From positions 1-55,531 of the forward strand of contig JAKLKB010000030.1 of assembly GCA_023150835.1 (NCBI GenBank): a stretch of DNA of 55,531 nucleotides. Reading direction: 5' to 3'. Position numbers and translations under genes: made by a program. Shown here piece after piece: positions 1 through 8,719 of this stretch. The number at the start of each line of letters is the position of its first letter. Positions within the stretch are counted from its first letter, which is position 1. This DNA comes from Myxococcota bacterium. Lineage in GTDB: Bacteria > Myxococcota_C > UBA6777. The notes beneath the pieces were generated by a model, which saw only the letters and a list, made by a program, of their open reading frames with translations, did not search any database and was not told the origin of the DNA.

Positions 1-873
1 GAGAGCGCGGTCAACGACGGCTTGGAGGCGGGGGTTGATGTACATTTGGGGGGCGAGGGCTTGAAGGGAAGGAGGTTGGGCTTCGATTTGTTGGATTAAG
101 ATCTCGTTGGTGGTTCCACCGTAGAGGGTACGTCCAGTGAGGAGTTCGACGAGCAAGACGCCAGCGGCGTAGATATCGGTGCGGCCATCGATCTCTTCGA
201 TATCGCCGCGAGCTTGTTCGGGGGACATATAGCGTGGTGTGCCGACAGCAAGGCCGGTTTCGGTGAGGGAGGGGGCATTTTCATCGCGTTGGGTGAGGAT
301 GCGAGCGACACCAAAGTCAAGGATCTTGAGGGTGCGTCGATCGTTGGAGCCTTCGATCAGGATGAGGTTTTCGGGTTTGAGATCGCGGTGGACGATGCCG
401 TGTCGGTGGGCAAAATCGAGGGCACCGAGAAGTTGTTCGAAGATCTGGATCAAGATGTGGCGGGGTGGGATACCAAAGCGTTGGATGTGCCATTGAAAGG
501 TTTTGCCTTCGAGCCATTCCATGATCAGATAAGAGCCGAGGCTGGGCATGTGGCCGAAGTCGATGATCTGAACGATGTTTTCGTGGCGGAGTCCAGCAAG
601 GAGGCGGGCTTCGCGTTTGAATCGCTCGACCATGAGGGGGTTTCCGGCAAAGTGAGGGTGGAGGATCTTGACGGCAAAGGGGATGGGGAGGTCGATATGT
701 TCGGCACGGTAGACGGAGCCAAAGCCTCCGCCACCGATCTTGTCTTTGAGGCGATACTTTCCGATGATTCGGTCGATCAGGGGATTTTCTGCGCCGCGCA
801 GGTGGGAGCCACAGCGATTACAAAAGGTCGCTTCGGGGCTATTGGGTTCTTGGCATCGCGGACAGGGCTGCAT
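1..873 (-). CDS. Hanks-type Ser/Thr protein kinase with N-terminal zinc-ribbon (partial, runs off window start)
   Basis: Not in the ORF track; translated manually from ATG at 873: MQPCPRC...FCNRCG (zinc ribbon), IGGGGFGSVY, AVKIL, HRDLKPEN, ILDFG, GTPRYMSPEQ, DIYAAG. All catalytic motifs are intact and no stop occurs before position 1. Confidence 0.93.
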   Translation of the reverse strand, partial: MQPCPRCQEPNSPEATFCNRCGSHLRGAENPLIDRIIGKYRLKDKIGGGGFGSVYRAEHIDLPIPFAVKILHPHFAGNPLMVERFKREARLLAGLRHENIVQIIDFGHMPSLGSYLIMEWLEGKTFQWHIQRFGIPPRHILIQIFEQLLGALDFAHRHGIVHRDLKPENLILIEGSNDRRTLKILDFGVARILTQRDENAPSLTETGLAVGTPRYMSPEQARGDIEEIDGRTDIYAAGVLLVELLTGRTLYGGTTNEILIQQIEAQPPSLQALAPQMYINPRLQAVVDRAL

Positions 874-950
874 GACGTGTGGCCTTTTTTACAGTAAGCA
901 ATGGAGGGACATGGGCTGTCGCTCCGTCGATAGAGATTCTTGCAGGGTGG

Positions 951-1062
951 TACGATATCCGGGTGACGTGTACACAAAGGAGAGTACGCAAATGCCCGAT
1001 TATTGGGCAGCCATAGGGGGCTGCCCCTACCTCTGATCACACAACGGGCGGATTTCGTATGA
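951..1062 (-). mobile_element. MITE/REPIN-like repeat, copy A
   Basis: Reverse complement reads TCATACGAAATCCG...GTAGGGGCAGCCCCCTATGGCTGCCC...CGGATATCGTA; closely matches 27879-27994; has terminal inverted repeats and an internal GTAG-REP hairpin. Confidence 0.8.
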
Positions 1063-1318
1063 CGAGGCAATACATCGCTACGATAGGATCGCGGCAAACG
1101 CGAAAAGTGTTGCCTGTTGTAGAAGAAAACAAGAGCAGACTCCTATGGGATAGGGGCTGCGTGGTGGCCAAAAAAAGCCGTGTTCGCGACACTTCGAGCG
1201 ACATTTCCGCTGTTTTGAAAAACAGTGATCAGTTCGCCGATGCGGGGTCAAGGGAGCCGCGCCTTTGGAAGTGGGGCGTGGGGTGACACCCCACAAAAAG
1301 CATCGAACCGCGTAAGTC

Positions 1319-2686
1319 CTACGGGAAAGAAAACAAGAACAACCAAGCCCACCAAAGGGCAAAAAACAACAGGAAGCCAAGCAGCATCCAAGAAAAGCGT
1401 GTGCGCCGTTGGGTGCGTTTGAGGGTTGAGAGCGCGTGTTCGGGTTGGAGCGAGGGGTGGCTTGGGTGCGCTATCGTGGAAGAGGACAGGATCTGCGAGG
1501 CGCGAAGCCATTGGGAAGAAAAGACAGAGGGAGAACGCTCGTAAGCAGGAGAACGCGCCTCGGGGAGTCGCTGGAACGCTGCACGGGCGGCGTTTAATGC
1601 CTCAAGCTTTTGGGTATTGTCAAGATCTTTTTGTGCGATCCAAAAGGCGTGATCCCATCCAAGGGCGAGATGGCGCAGGGGAGGCTCAAAGGGCAAGGCC
1701 GCGATCTCGCGGAGGAAGGCGTTTGCTGTGGAGAACCGCTGGTGGGGTTCTTTGGCAAGAGCGCGGTGAAAAAGGGCTTCGAGAGCCTCGATGTAGGGGG
1801 CGGGTGGAGCGAGGTCTTGGAGTCGAGGCAGCGGGGCGTATCGCTGTTTTTTATAAAGATCTTCCCAATTTGGGGAGCGAAAGGGGAGGCGTCCTGTGAG
1901 CATTTGAAACCACAGGATGCCTGCGGTGTAGAGATCGCTGTAGGTGTCGATGGGGGTGGGGAGGGGAGTCATCTGTTCGGGCGGTAGATAGGCTCCGATC
2001 GCAAGCAGTTTGTGAGGAGAGGGCAGGGTTTGGAGTTTGCGTGTCCACAGCAAGGGTCCACATCCGATGTCGATCAATTGGAGTTGGAGGCGCCGTCCTC
2101 TTGGGGAGAGCAGGAGATGTTCGGGGCGAAGTTGGCCGACGATCAGACGGGAGGTATGGAGGTGAGCAAGGACGCGCAGCAGTTGTTGGAGGATATCGAG
2201 CCACAAGTGGTCGGGAAGGCCGCCAGCAAAGTCGCGCAGCAGTTGTTGGAGGCTGAATCCCTCGATCCATCGGGTGGCCCAATAAAAGCCGAGTTCAGAG
2301 GTTCCGAAGGCTTCGACCAAAGCGATGCCGGGGTGCATGATGCCTGCCCATGCTGCGACGCGTTGGCGTAGTGCGTCGGGATCGTCGAAGTATTCGAGGT
2401 TTGCAGGGCGCAGGAGGTGGAAGGCGCTGAGATCGGAACGCCCGGAAGATTGGGCAAGGTAGACAGTCCCAAACAGGCTTTCACGGGCGCGTTCGATCAA
2501 CACATAGCCCCCGATCTGGCGGCCAAGTAGCGGGTCTTTTCCGTTGCGCTCAAAGCCACACAACCCACACTGCTTGCCTTGATGGAGGCACTGAGAGAAC
2601 AGGCGCGGGCAAGCATCCCACAGTTCGCGAGAAGGCGAGGGGGCCGTCGGGAGGGGAGAATGGGAAGGACGACGGAACCACCACAT
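1319..2686 (-). CDS. Membrane-anchored Ser/Thr kinase-like protein (probable pseudokinase)
   Basis: Kinase fold motifs (YLPPEQ, SDLYTAG, MLTGRLPF, RALAKEPHQRF) are present, but the G-loop reads ARESLFGTVY, the VAIK Lys is absent (AFHLL), HRD reads VGQ and DFG reads DIG. Cys pairs at the N-terminus; C-terminal TM helix. Confidence 0.85.
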   Translation of the reverse strand: MWWFRRPSHSPLPTAPSPSRELWDACPRLFSQCLHQGKQCGLCGFERNGKDPLLGRQIGGYVLIERARESLFGTVYLAQSSGRSDLSAFHLLRPANLEYFDDPDALRQRVAAWAGIMHPGIALVEAFGTSELGFYWATRWIEGFSLQQLLRDFAGGLPDHLWLDILQQLLRVLAHLHTSRLIVGQLRPEHLLLSPRGRRLQLQLIDIGCGPLLWTRKLQTLPSPHKLLAIGAYLPPEQMTPLPTPIDTYSDLYTAGILWFQMLTGRLPFRSPNWEDLYKKQRYAPLPRLQDLAPPAPYIEALEALFHRALAKEPHQRFSTANAFLREIAALPFEPPLRHLALGWDHAFWIAQKDLDNTQKLEALNAARAAFQRLPEARSPAYERSPSVFSSQWLRASQILSSSTIAHPSHPSLQPEHALSTLKRTQRRTRFSWMLLGFLLFFALWWAWLFLFSFP

Positions 2687-2704
2687 CGTGGGGCCTTTCG
2701 TATA

Positions 2705-3886
2705 CTATCGCCTCGGATCTTCGGGGATGTTTTGGGCGGTTTGCTGTTGTTCGAGTTTGTGGACAGCTTGTTGGATCTCTTGAAGGTGCGGAGGATGGGG
2801 GAGATGGTGCAACCAAGGGGGAGCGGAAGGGTGGGTGTGTGAAGAGAAGATCAGGACTTGGAGGGCAGGGCTGGCAAGGCGCAAAGTATCGAGTGTTTCG
2901 GGGGTGAGGACGCAAGCAGCTTCGGTGATCAGCAAGTGGACTTCGTCTTGGAAGCGGCGTTGGATCTGGAGGATCTCCATGCTGTCTTCGGCTTCGAGGG
3001 TGGTGTAGCCTTGTTCTTCGAGGCGGCTGCAAAGGCGGTCGCGTTCTGCAAAGGAGAGGGAAGGCAGGCAGAGCATGATATGGCGCATGATCTGGGGGCG
3101 TGGAACGGCGGTGTGGTTGTTGGAGGTGCTGTATTGAAGGAGGGGGAGATAGAGGCGAACTTCGGTGCCGATATCTTCTTGGGAGCGCAGATCCATCCAG
3201 CCGCTGAGTTGGCGAAGCGTGCTGTAGACTAAGGCGAGGCCCATGCCGCTGCGTTGTGTGCGGGGATGGTGAGTGGCGAGGGGTTCGACGGCGATCTCTT
3301 GGAGGTCGTGAGGGATACCACGCCCTTCGTCTTGGACGGTGATGCAGACGTAAGGTCCGGCAGGGATGCGGGACCATGCTTCTTGGGCGGTGACTTCAGT
3401 GTATTCGGTGCTGAGGCGGATAGGTCCGCCTTGGGGGAGGGCTTCTTTGGAGTTGTCAAACAGGGGAACGAGCAGTTCTTCGATGCGTGCGGGGGGAAGC
3501 AAGACAAAGAAGGATTGTTGGCTGGGGAGAAATTGCAAAAGATGTTGGGTGCCGAGGTGCTCTTGCCAGCGGGGAAGGTGTTGAGACAGAAGGGCATGGA
3601 GATCGAGTTCGATGGGAGGGCCGCTTTGGCCGTCACGGCTGAAGCGTTGGAGTTGTTGAACGAGATCGAGTCCGCGCCGTGTGGTGCGTTCGATGATATC
3701 GGCGTCGTTTTGGTGGGGGGTGTCTTCAAAGTGTTCTTTGAGCATCAGCGAGTAGTTGAGGATGATCATGAAGAGATTGTTGAGATCGTGAGACAGCCAT
3801 CGTGAGAGGCGGATCTGGGCTTGGATGCGCTCGTCTTGGAGAAGATAGCGTTGGAGTGTTGGATCGAGGTGTTCACGGGAAGCCAT
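2705..3886 (-). CDS. Cytoplasmic hybrid histidine kinase (HisKA-HATPase) with degenerate receiver domain
   Basis: H-box SHDLNN, DEGRGI (G1) and SGMGL (G2); C-terminal REC-like region has LLITE in place of the phosphoacceptor Asp; no sensor domain. Confidence 0.82.
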   Translation of the reverse strand: MASREHLDPTLQRYLLQDERIQAQIRLSRWLSHDLNNLFMIILNYSLMLKEHFEDTPHQNDADIIERTTRRGLDLVQQLQRFSRDGQSGPPIELDLHALLSQHLPRWQEHLGTQHLLQFLPSQQSFFVLLPPARIEELLVPLFDNSKEALPQGGPIRLSTEYTEVTAQEAWSRIPAGPYVCITVQDEGRGIPHDLQEIAVEPLATHHPRTQRSGMGLALVYSTLRQLSGWMDLRSQEDIGTEVRLYLPLLQYSTSNNHTAVPRPQIMRHIMLCLPSLSFAERDRLCSRLEEQGYTTLEAEDSMEILQIQRRFQDEVHLLITEAACVLTPETLDTLRLASPALQVLIFSSHTHPSAPPWLHHLPHPPHLQEIQQAVHKLEQQQTAQNIPEDPRR

Positions 3887-4064
3887 GAGGCCCTACTTTT
3901 TGTATCGGTGGGGGGGACATCCAAGTTCTTGGGGGGATGCTTGGATCGTTTTGAAGGGTGTAGCACAGACAGGCGGGTTTGCCAAGTTTTCTTGGGCGGG
4001 GGCGCGGGTGAGAGAGGCGAGGGGTGGGGCTTGGCTCTTGTTGAATCAAGCGAGGGGGGATGGT

Positions 4065-5204
4065 TTAGGCTTCGATGGGTCCGAGATCTTCGGCGGTGGG
4101 GAGGTTGAAGAGGACATCTTCGAGAAGATAGCGGAGGTATTCGAGCATTTCTTGGGGGTCATCGGAGCCGACTTCGCGTTCGACGTTGCGTTGGTAAAAG
4201 ATGCAGCGGATCTGTGGATCGTCCTCTTCTTTTTGGGTGATCTCGATGCGCAACGGAGACCATGGATTGAAGGGGCTATCGTGAGGGGCTTGTTCGAGCA
4301 GGTCGGCAGTGGGGAAGTCTTCGGTGGCGACTTCAAAGGGGGGGAGGGGTTCTTCGAGCATCTCCATCAGGGCGTTTTCAAGGGTATGCCAGACTTCGCG
4401 GGTCATCTCGGCGAATTCGGCGCGTGAAAAGTCCATTCCATCGGGTTCTTCGTCGGTTTCGACTTCGTAGAGAGCGCGATAACATTTGCGGGCTTCGTCG
4501 AAGCGTTCGGCGATCTCGCAGGCAAGGCCCATATCATGTAGAAAGTCGGGGCGATCGGGTTCGAGACGCAAGGCTTCTTCGTAGCATTGGATGGCTTCGT
4601 CGCTTTGTTCGAGATCCATCAATACGCCAGCGCGAAGGTGCCACAGGTCGGCGAGTTCGGGGTTGAGGTTGATCGCTTTTTGGGTGAGTTCAAGGCCGCG
4701 CTCAAACTGCTCGCGGATCTCGGGGGGCATCGTCAAAGTCGGTGGTTCGGAGCCTTCTTCGACGACTTCAGACATCTCTTCCATCAGTTGGGTGAGTGCT
4801 TCGCGACCGAGATGGATCTCTGCTTCGGCCCACATAAAATAAGCATCGCGTTTATCGATCGGATCTTCGGTGAATTGAAGGGCTTGTTTGAGTGTGCCGA
4901 TGGCGTCCTCGTATCGGCCCAATTCGATCAGAAAGCCGGCTTTGTACAGTTGGGGTTCGGCCATGCCGGGTTCGAGTTGGCAGGCGCGTTCAAAGGCCCG
5001 CTCTGCGGCTTGTTCTTCGCCGAGCATCTGGCGGATCTTGCCTTCGAGGCACCAAAAAAAGGGGTTTTGATCATCTTGAGCGAGCAGATTGCGGCTTTCT
5101 TCGAGGGCTTCTTCGAGTTCATCTTCGTCGATCATCTCGAGTGCGCGTTGGTAGCGTTGTTCTAAAGCGTCCATTTGATCGTCTTTTCGTTTCCCGAAGC
5201 TCAT
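4065..5204 (-). CDS. TPR protein with C-terminal Zincin_1-like domain lacking HExxH
   Basis: Multiple TPR motifs (e.g. EAIQCYEEALRLEPDRPDFLHDMG); C-terminal EDFP...IFYQRNVER...LRYLLEDVL; GGAG RBS before the ATG at 5204. Confidence 0.8.
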   Translation of the reverse strand: MSFGKRKDDQMDALEQRYQRALEMIDEDELEEALEESRNLLAQDDQNPFFWCLEGKIRQMLGEEQAAERAFERACQLEPGMAEPQLYKAGFLIELGRYEDAIGTLKQALQFTEDPIDKRDAYFMWAEAEIHLGREALTQLMEEMSEVVEEGSEPPTLTMPPEIREQFERGLELTQKAINLNPELADLWHLRAGVLMDLEQSDEAIQCYEEALRLEPDRPDFLHDMGLACEIAERFDEARKCYRALYEVETDEEPDGMDFSRAEFAEMTREVWHTLENALMEMLEEPLPPFEVATEDFPTADLLEQAPHDSPFNPWSPLRIEITQKEEDDPQIRCIFYQRNVEREVGSDDPQEMLEYLRYLLEDVLFNLPTAEDLGPIEA

Positions 5205-5364
5205 CGGTGTCTCCAAACTGGGGTGAGTCATAGAAAGCAAAAGTCGGCCCTCTTCAACATACTTTCTCTCTGTTTGTCAAGAGCGAAAGACGTATCGCGA
5301 CAACGAAGCGCCCTGTGGGGGCATCTTCTTGTTGTGAGAGGAAGGTGTGCTAGGATAGGCATCC

Positions 5365-5408
5365 TTTGGCGCGTGTCAAAGGCTGTTTTTGGCGCGTGTC
5401 AAAGACTG
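5365..5408. repeat. 21-bp direct repeat pair (23-bp period) in divergent promoter region
   Basis: TTTGGCGCGTGTCAAAGGCTG at 5365 and TTTGGCGCGTGTCAAAGACTG at 5388. Confidence 0.75.
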
Positions 5409-5449
5409 GTTGTTTTTGTGCGTGGAGAGCATCAGAAAGGATCGGTGGG

Positions 5450-7330
5450 ATGGTGCTGTTGAGGCGATATCGAAGGATGTTGTGGTGGTGTATGTGTGGC
5501 CTGCCGTGTTGGGTAGGGTGTTCGTACGGCTGGAGAGAGGTGCGGCAAGACGCGAAGAGTGACGATATGGCGGCGCGAAATCGTGCGCTTGATTATCTGA
5601 TCGATTACATCAGCAAGACGACAGGTTCACGCGAAGGGGTGGGGCAGCGACAAGAAGCTGTGCAGCTTGTGACCGATACGGGATTGCCTCGATCCATCGG
5701 CCCGTTGCGTATGATCTTGATGCACGAGGCGGACTCGCTGTTGCGGCGCGATGCGATTCGTGGTTTGGCGGTGTTGCGTTCTGCGCAAGCTCTTGCCGAA
5801 CTGCGTGGAGCGCTCAAAGATCGCGATATAGACGTCCGAATGACCGCTGCTGCGGCACTTGGCAAACTCGGCGATCAACGTGCGCTGCGTTCTCTTGTGG
5901 AGGCGACACGAGATCCGAGTCCTGCGGTGCGTGCGTCCGCAGCTTCGGCACTTGCGGAGCTTGGGGCTGATCGCGCCATCCCGTTTTTGATCCGTGCGCT
6001 TGATGATGAAAACGATGACGTTCAACGCGCTGCCCAAAAGTCTTTGCTGCGCTTCGGTGAAAAAGCCATCGCACGTTTGCTACCGATCCTCTCGCAGCCT
6101 TCGTCTTCGCTCCAAGATCGCGTCATTCGATTTTTGCCAGAGTTTGGGCAGCCTGTCTTTGTCCCCTTGATCCAAGCCTTTCGGCAACGCACCAGCCAAG
6201 AAAACGCAAAACGTGCGCTTTCCGAGTTCACTCGCGATGGTCAAAGTTGGCCGCTGCTGGTGCGTTTGACGCAAGTCCAAGACAAAAAAGAAGCGGAGTC
6301 CGTGATCCGAGAGTTGTCTGCGGTGGGATCGTTGGCGGCGGTACATGCGGTGTTTTTGATGTGGGATGATATGCCGGTCGTGGCAAAGCCGTTATTTCGG
6401 ACTTGTTTGGGACAGATCGCCCAACGCAGCGGAGAAGAAGGGCGGCGGTTGTTGTCGCGCTATACCCGCGAAGGAGACGATCTTGCGCGCCGTACAACCG
6501 CGTTGTTGGCGCTTGGGCAAGCAGGTACACCAGCCATCGATCTGATCCGTCCGCATCTTTCGTCTCAAACGCGAGCGATGGTGATCGCCGCCATTCGGGC
6601 GCTTGGGCAGATCAAACGCCCCGCACTTTCCACGTTGTTGCCTTATACAGAGGTCGAAGACGAAGAACTCCGCTACACCGCGATCCAGCAGTTGGGCGCG
6701 ATCCCCTCATCGAACGCTGTATCCGCCTTGATCAAACAACTCAAACATCCCTCGGCCAAGATCCGCATCGTGGCGATCGAAGCCCTCGGCCAACAACGCG
6801 ATCGCGCCGCGATCCCACACGCCCGTGATCTGCTGACTGACCCCGTCAACAACGTCGTCTTGGCGGCCATCCAGACACTGCTGTTGCTCGGCGATCAACA
6901 AAACGTCCAAGTCTACATCGCCGCTCTGAAATATGGGCCTTATCCTCCCGAACCCACTTACGTCGAAACCCTCGGGCGGCTCGCCGATACCAAAGTCGTT
7001 CCGTTGCTACGGCAGATCACGCGGCGCTATACACGCGATTGGAAAGCGTATCTCCAAACCAGTCAACGGATGTTGCGACAAAAACGCCGCAAGGCCAAGT
7101 CCATGACCACCGAACAATTAGAAGAAGCTGTGAGCCTTGATCTCGCTTCTCATCCTGCACGCAATGTTCTTGCGCTGTGCAGTTTTGTTGAGGCTGTGCG
7201 CGCACTTCAACGCTACGGCCAGCCTGTTCCTGCTTTGCTCAAAAAGTATGGCTATCGTCACAAAGCCCCGATGAATCCGTTGCTCAATCCACGCGAACGC
7301 TGCCCTTGGCCTGCGATCGCGCCCGATTGA
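5450..7330 (+). CDS. HEAT/PBS-lyase-repeat protein, probable lipoprotein
   Basis: Many HEAT repeats (DIDVRMTAAAALGKLGD, DPSPAVRASAASALAELG); signal-like N-terminus ending WVGC. The ATG at 5450 is preferred over the TTG at 5366. Confidence 0.85.
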   Translation: MVLLRRYRRMLWWCMCGLPCWVGCSYGWREVRQDAKSDDMAARNRALDYLIDYISKTTGSREGVGQRQEAVQLVTDTGLPRSIGPLRMILMHEADSLLRRDAIRGLAVLRSAQALAELRGALKDRDIDVRMTAAAALGKLGDQRALRSLVEATRDPSPAVRASAASALAELGADRAIPFLIRALDDENDDVQRAAQKSLLRFGEKAIARLLPILSQPSSSLQDRVIRFLPEFGQPVFVPLIQAFRQRTSQENAKRALSEFTRDGQSWPLLVRLTQVQDKKEAESVIRELSAVGSLAAVHAVFLMWDDMPVVAKPLFRTCLGQIAQRSGEEGRRLLSRYTREGDDLARRTTALLALGQAGTPAIDLIRPHLSSQTRAMVIAAIRALGQIKRPALSTLLPYTEVEDEELRYTAIQQLGAIPSSNAVSALIKQLKHPSAKIRIVAIEALGQQRDRAAIPHARDLLTDPVNNVVLAAIQTLLLLGDQQNVQVYIAALKYGPYPPEPTYVETLGRLADTKVVPLLRQITRRYTRDWKAYLQTSQRMLRQKRRKAKSMTTEQLEEAVSLDLASHPARNVLALCSFVEAVRALQRYGQPVPALLKKYGYRHKAPMNPLLNPRERCPWPAIAPD

Positions 7331-7336
7331 TGGCTG

Positions 7337-8719
7337 TTAACCGTTGGGACGGTGCAGCTCGTAGGCTTTAATTTTTTTGTGCAGGTTGGTGCGTTCGATG
7401 CCGAGGACATCGGCAGTTCGTGAGATATTCCAATCGTTCTCTTGTAATTTGAGCATAATGTAGCTGCGTTCGACTTCATCGCGCACTTCTTTGAGGGTTT
7501 GATTCCCGAGTGCTTTGATATCCACAACAGCCTTTTTTTCTTTGAGATCTTCGGGCAGATCGTGTACGTCGATCTGTTCGCCGCTGAGGATCACCAGTCG
7601 TTCGACAAGGTTTTTGAGTTCGCGCACGTTTCCCGGCCATGCGTATTGGCAGAGTTGGCGCATGGCGGTGGGGGTGAAGCTTTTGGTGGGGTAGTTGTAT
7701 TCTTGGCAAAAGTGACGTGTAAAACTATCGAGCAGTAGGGCGATATCTTCTCGACGTTCGCGAAGAGGCGGTAGGTGCAGGGGGATCACATTCAATCGAA
7801 AGAACAGATCTTCGCGAAATCGGCCTTTGCGGATCTCGTCTTGGAGATCGCGGTTGGTGGCGGCGATCACGCGCACATCGACTTGGATGGTGCGATCGCC
7901 TCCAACCCTCGAAAACTCCCCTGTATTGAGGACGCGCAACACTTTGGCTTGGGCATGGAGGGACATATCGCCGATCTCGTCAAGAAAGATCGTGCCTGTG
8001 TGGGCGCGTTCAAACTCTCCTTGCTTGGTGCGGATCGCGCCCGTGAATGCGCCTTTTTCGTGACCAAATAGTTCGGACTCGATCAATTCTTCGGGGATCG
8101 CAGCGCAATTGACTTTGACAAATGGGCGGGGGTGGCGTGGGCTGTTGTTGTGGATGGCGCGTGCGACCAGTTCTTTCCCTGTCCCAGACTCCCCAGTGAT
8201 CAACACCCATCCTTTGGTGGGAGCGACTTTTTCGATCTGCTGAAAGATCGTCTTCATCGTGGGGGTGTCTCCGACCATCTCGAAGCGATCGGCATATTCT
8301 TTCTCAAGGTTTCGTACCTTGTGCAACATCTCCCGTCGTTCGAGCGATTGGCGAACGGACAACAACAAACGCTCTCGCTCAAGCGGCTTTTCAATAAAGC
8401 TATACGCGCCCAATTTGACGGCTTCTACAGCATCCGAGATCGTCCCATGCCCCGAGATCATGATCACCTCGATATCTGGATCGAATCGCTTGATCGCTTC
8501 GAGGACTTTGAGGCCGTCCATCCCGGGCATATAGATATCCAACAACACCAGATCGATCACTTCGCGTTGGATCACTTCGAGGGCTTGTTCGCCTTGCAAG
8601 GCGGTGAGGACGCGATATCCTTCGCCTTCGAGAACCATCTGAACGGTGCGGCAGATATTTTTCTCATCATCCACCACCATCACTTGAAAATAAGAAGGGT
8701 TCCAATCTCTTGCACTCAA
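7337..8719 (-). CDS. Sigma54-dependent response regulator (NtrC family, NtrX-like)
   Basis: REC (VDDE, LLDIYMP, ISGHG, KP), AAA+ motifs GESGTGKE, GAFTGA, FLDEIG and WPGNVRELKN, and a Fis-type HTH. Confidence 0.95.
   Translation of the reverse strand: MSARDWNPSYFQVMVVDDEKNICRTVQMVLEGEGYRVLTALQGEQALEVIQREVIDLVLLDIYMPGMDGLKVLEAIKRFDPDIEVIMISGHGTISDAVEAVKLGAYSFIEKPLERERLLLSVRQSLERREMLHKVRNLEKEYADRFEMVGDTPTMKTIFQQIEKVAPTKGWVLITGESGTGKELVARAIHNNSPRHPRPFVKVNCAAIPEELIESELFGHEKGAFTGAIRTKQGEFERAHTGTIFLDEIGDMSLHAQAKVLRVLNTGEFSRVGGDRTIQVDVRVIAATNRDLQDEIRKGRFREDLFFRLNVIPLHLPPLRERREDIALLLDSFTRHFCQEYNYPTKSFTPTAMRQLCQYAWPGNVRELKNLVERLVILSGEQIDVHDLPEDLKEKKAVVDIKALGNQTLKEVRDEVERSYIMLKLQENDWNISRTADVLGIERTNLHKKIKAYELHRPNG

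Noticed and set aside
214-897. 227-aa plus-strand ORF
   Set aside because: It is the antisense shadow of the minus-strand kinase, which has full catalytic motifs.
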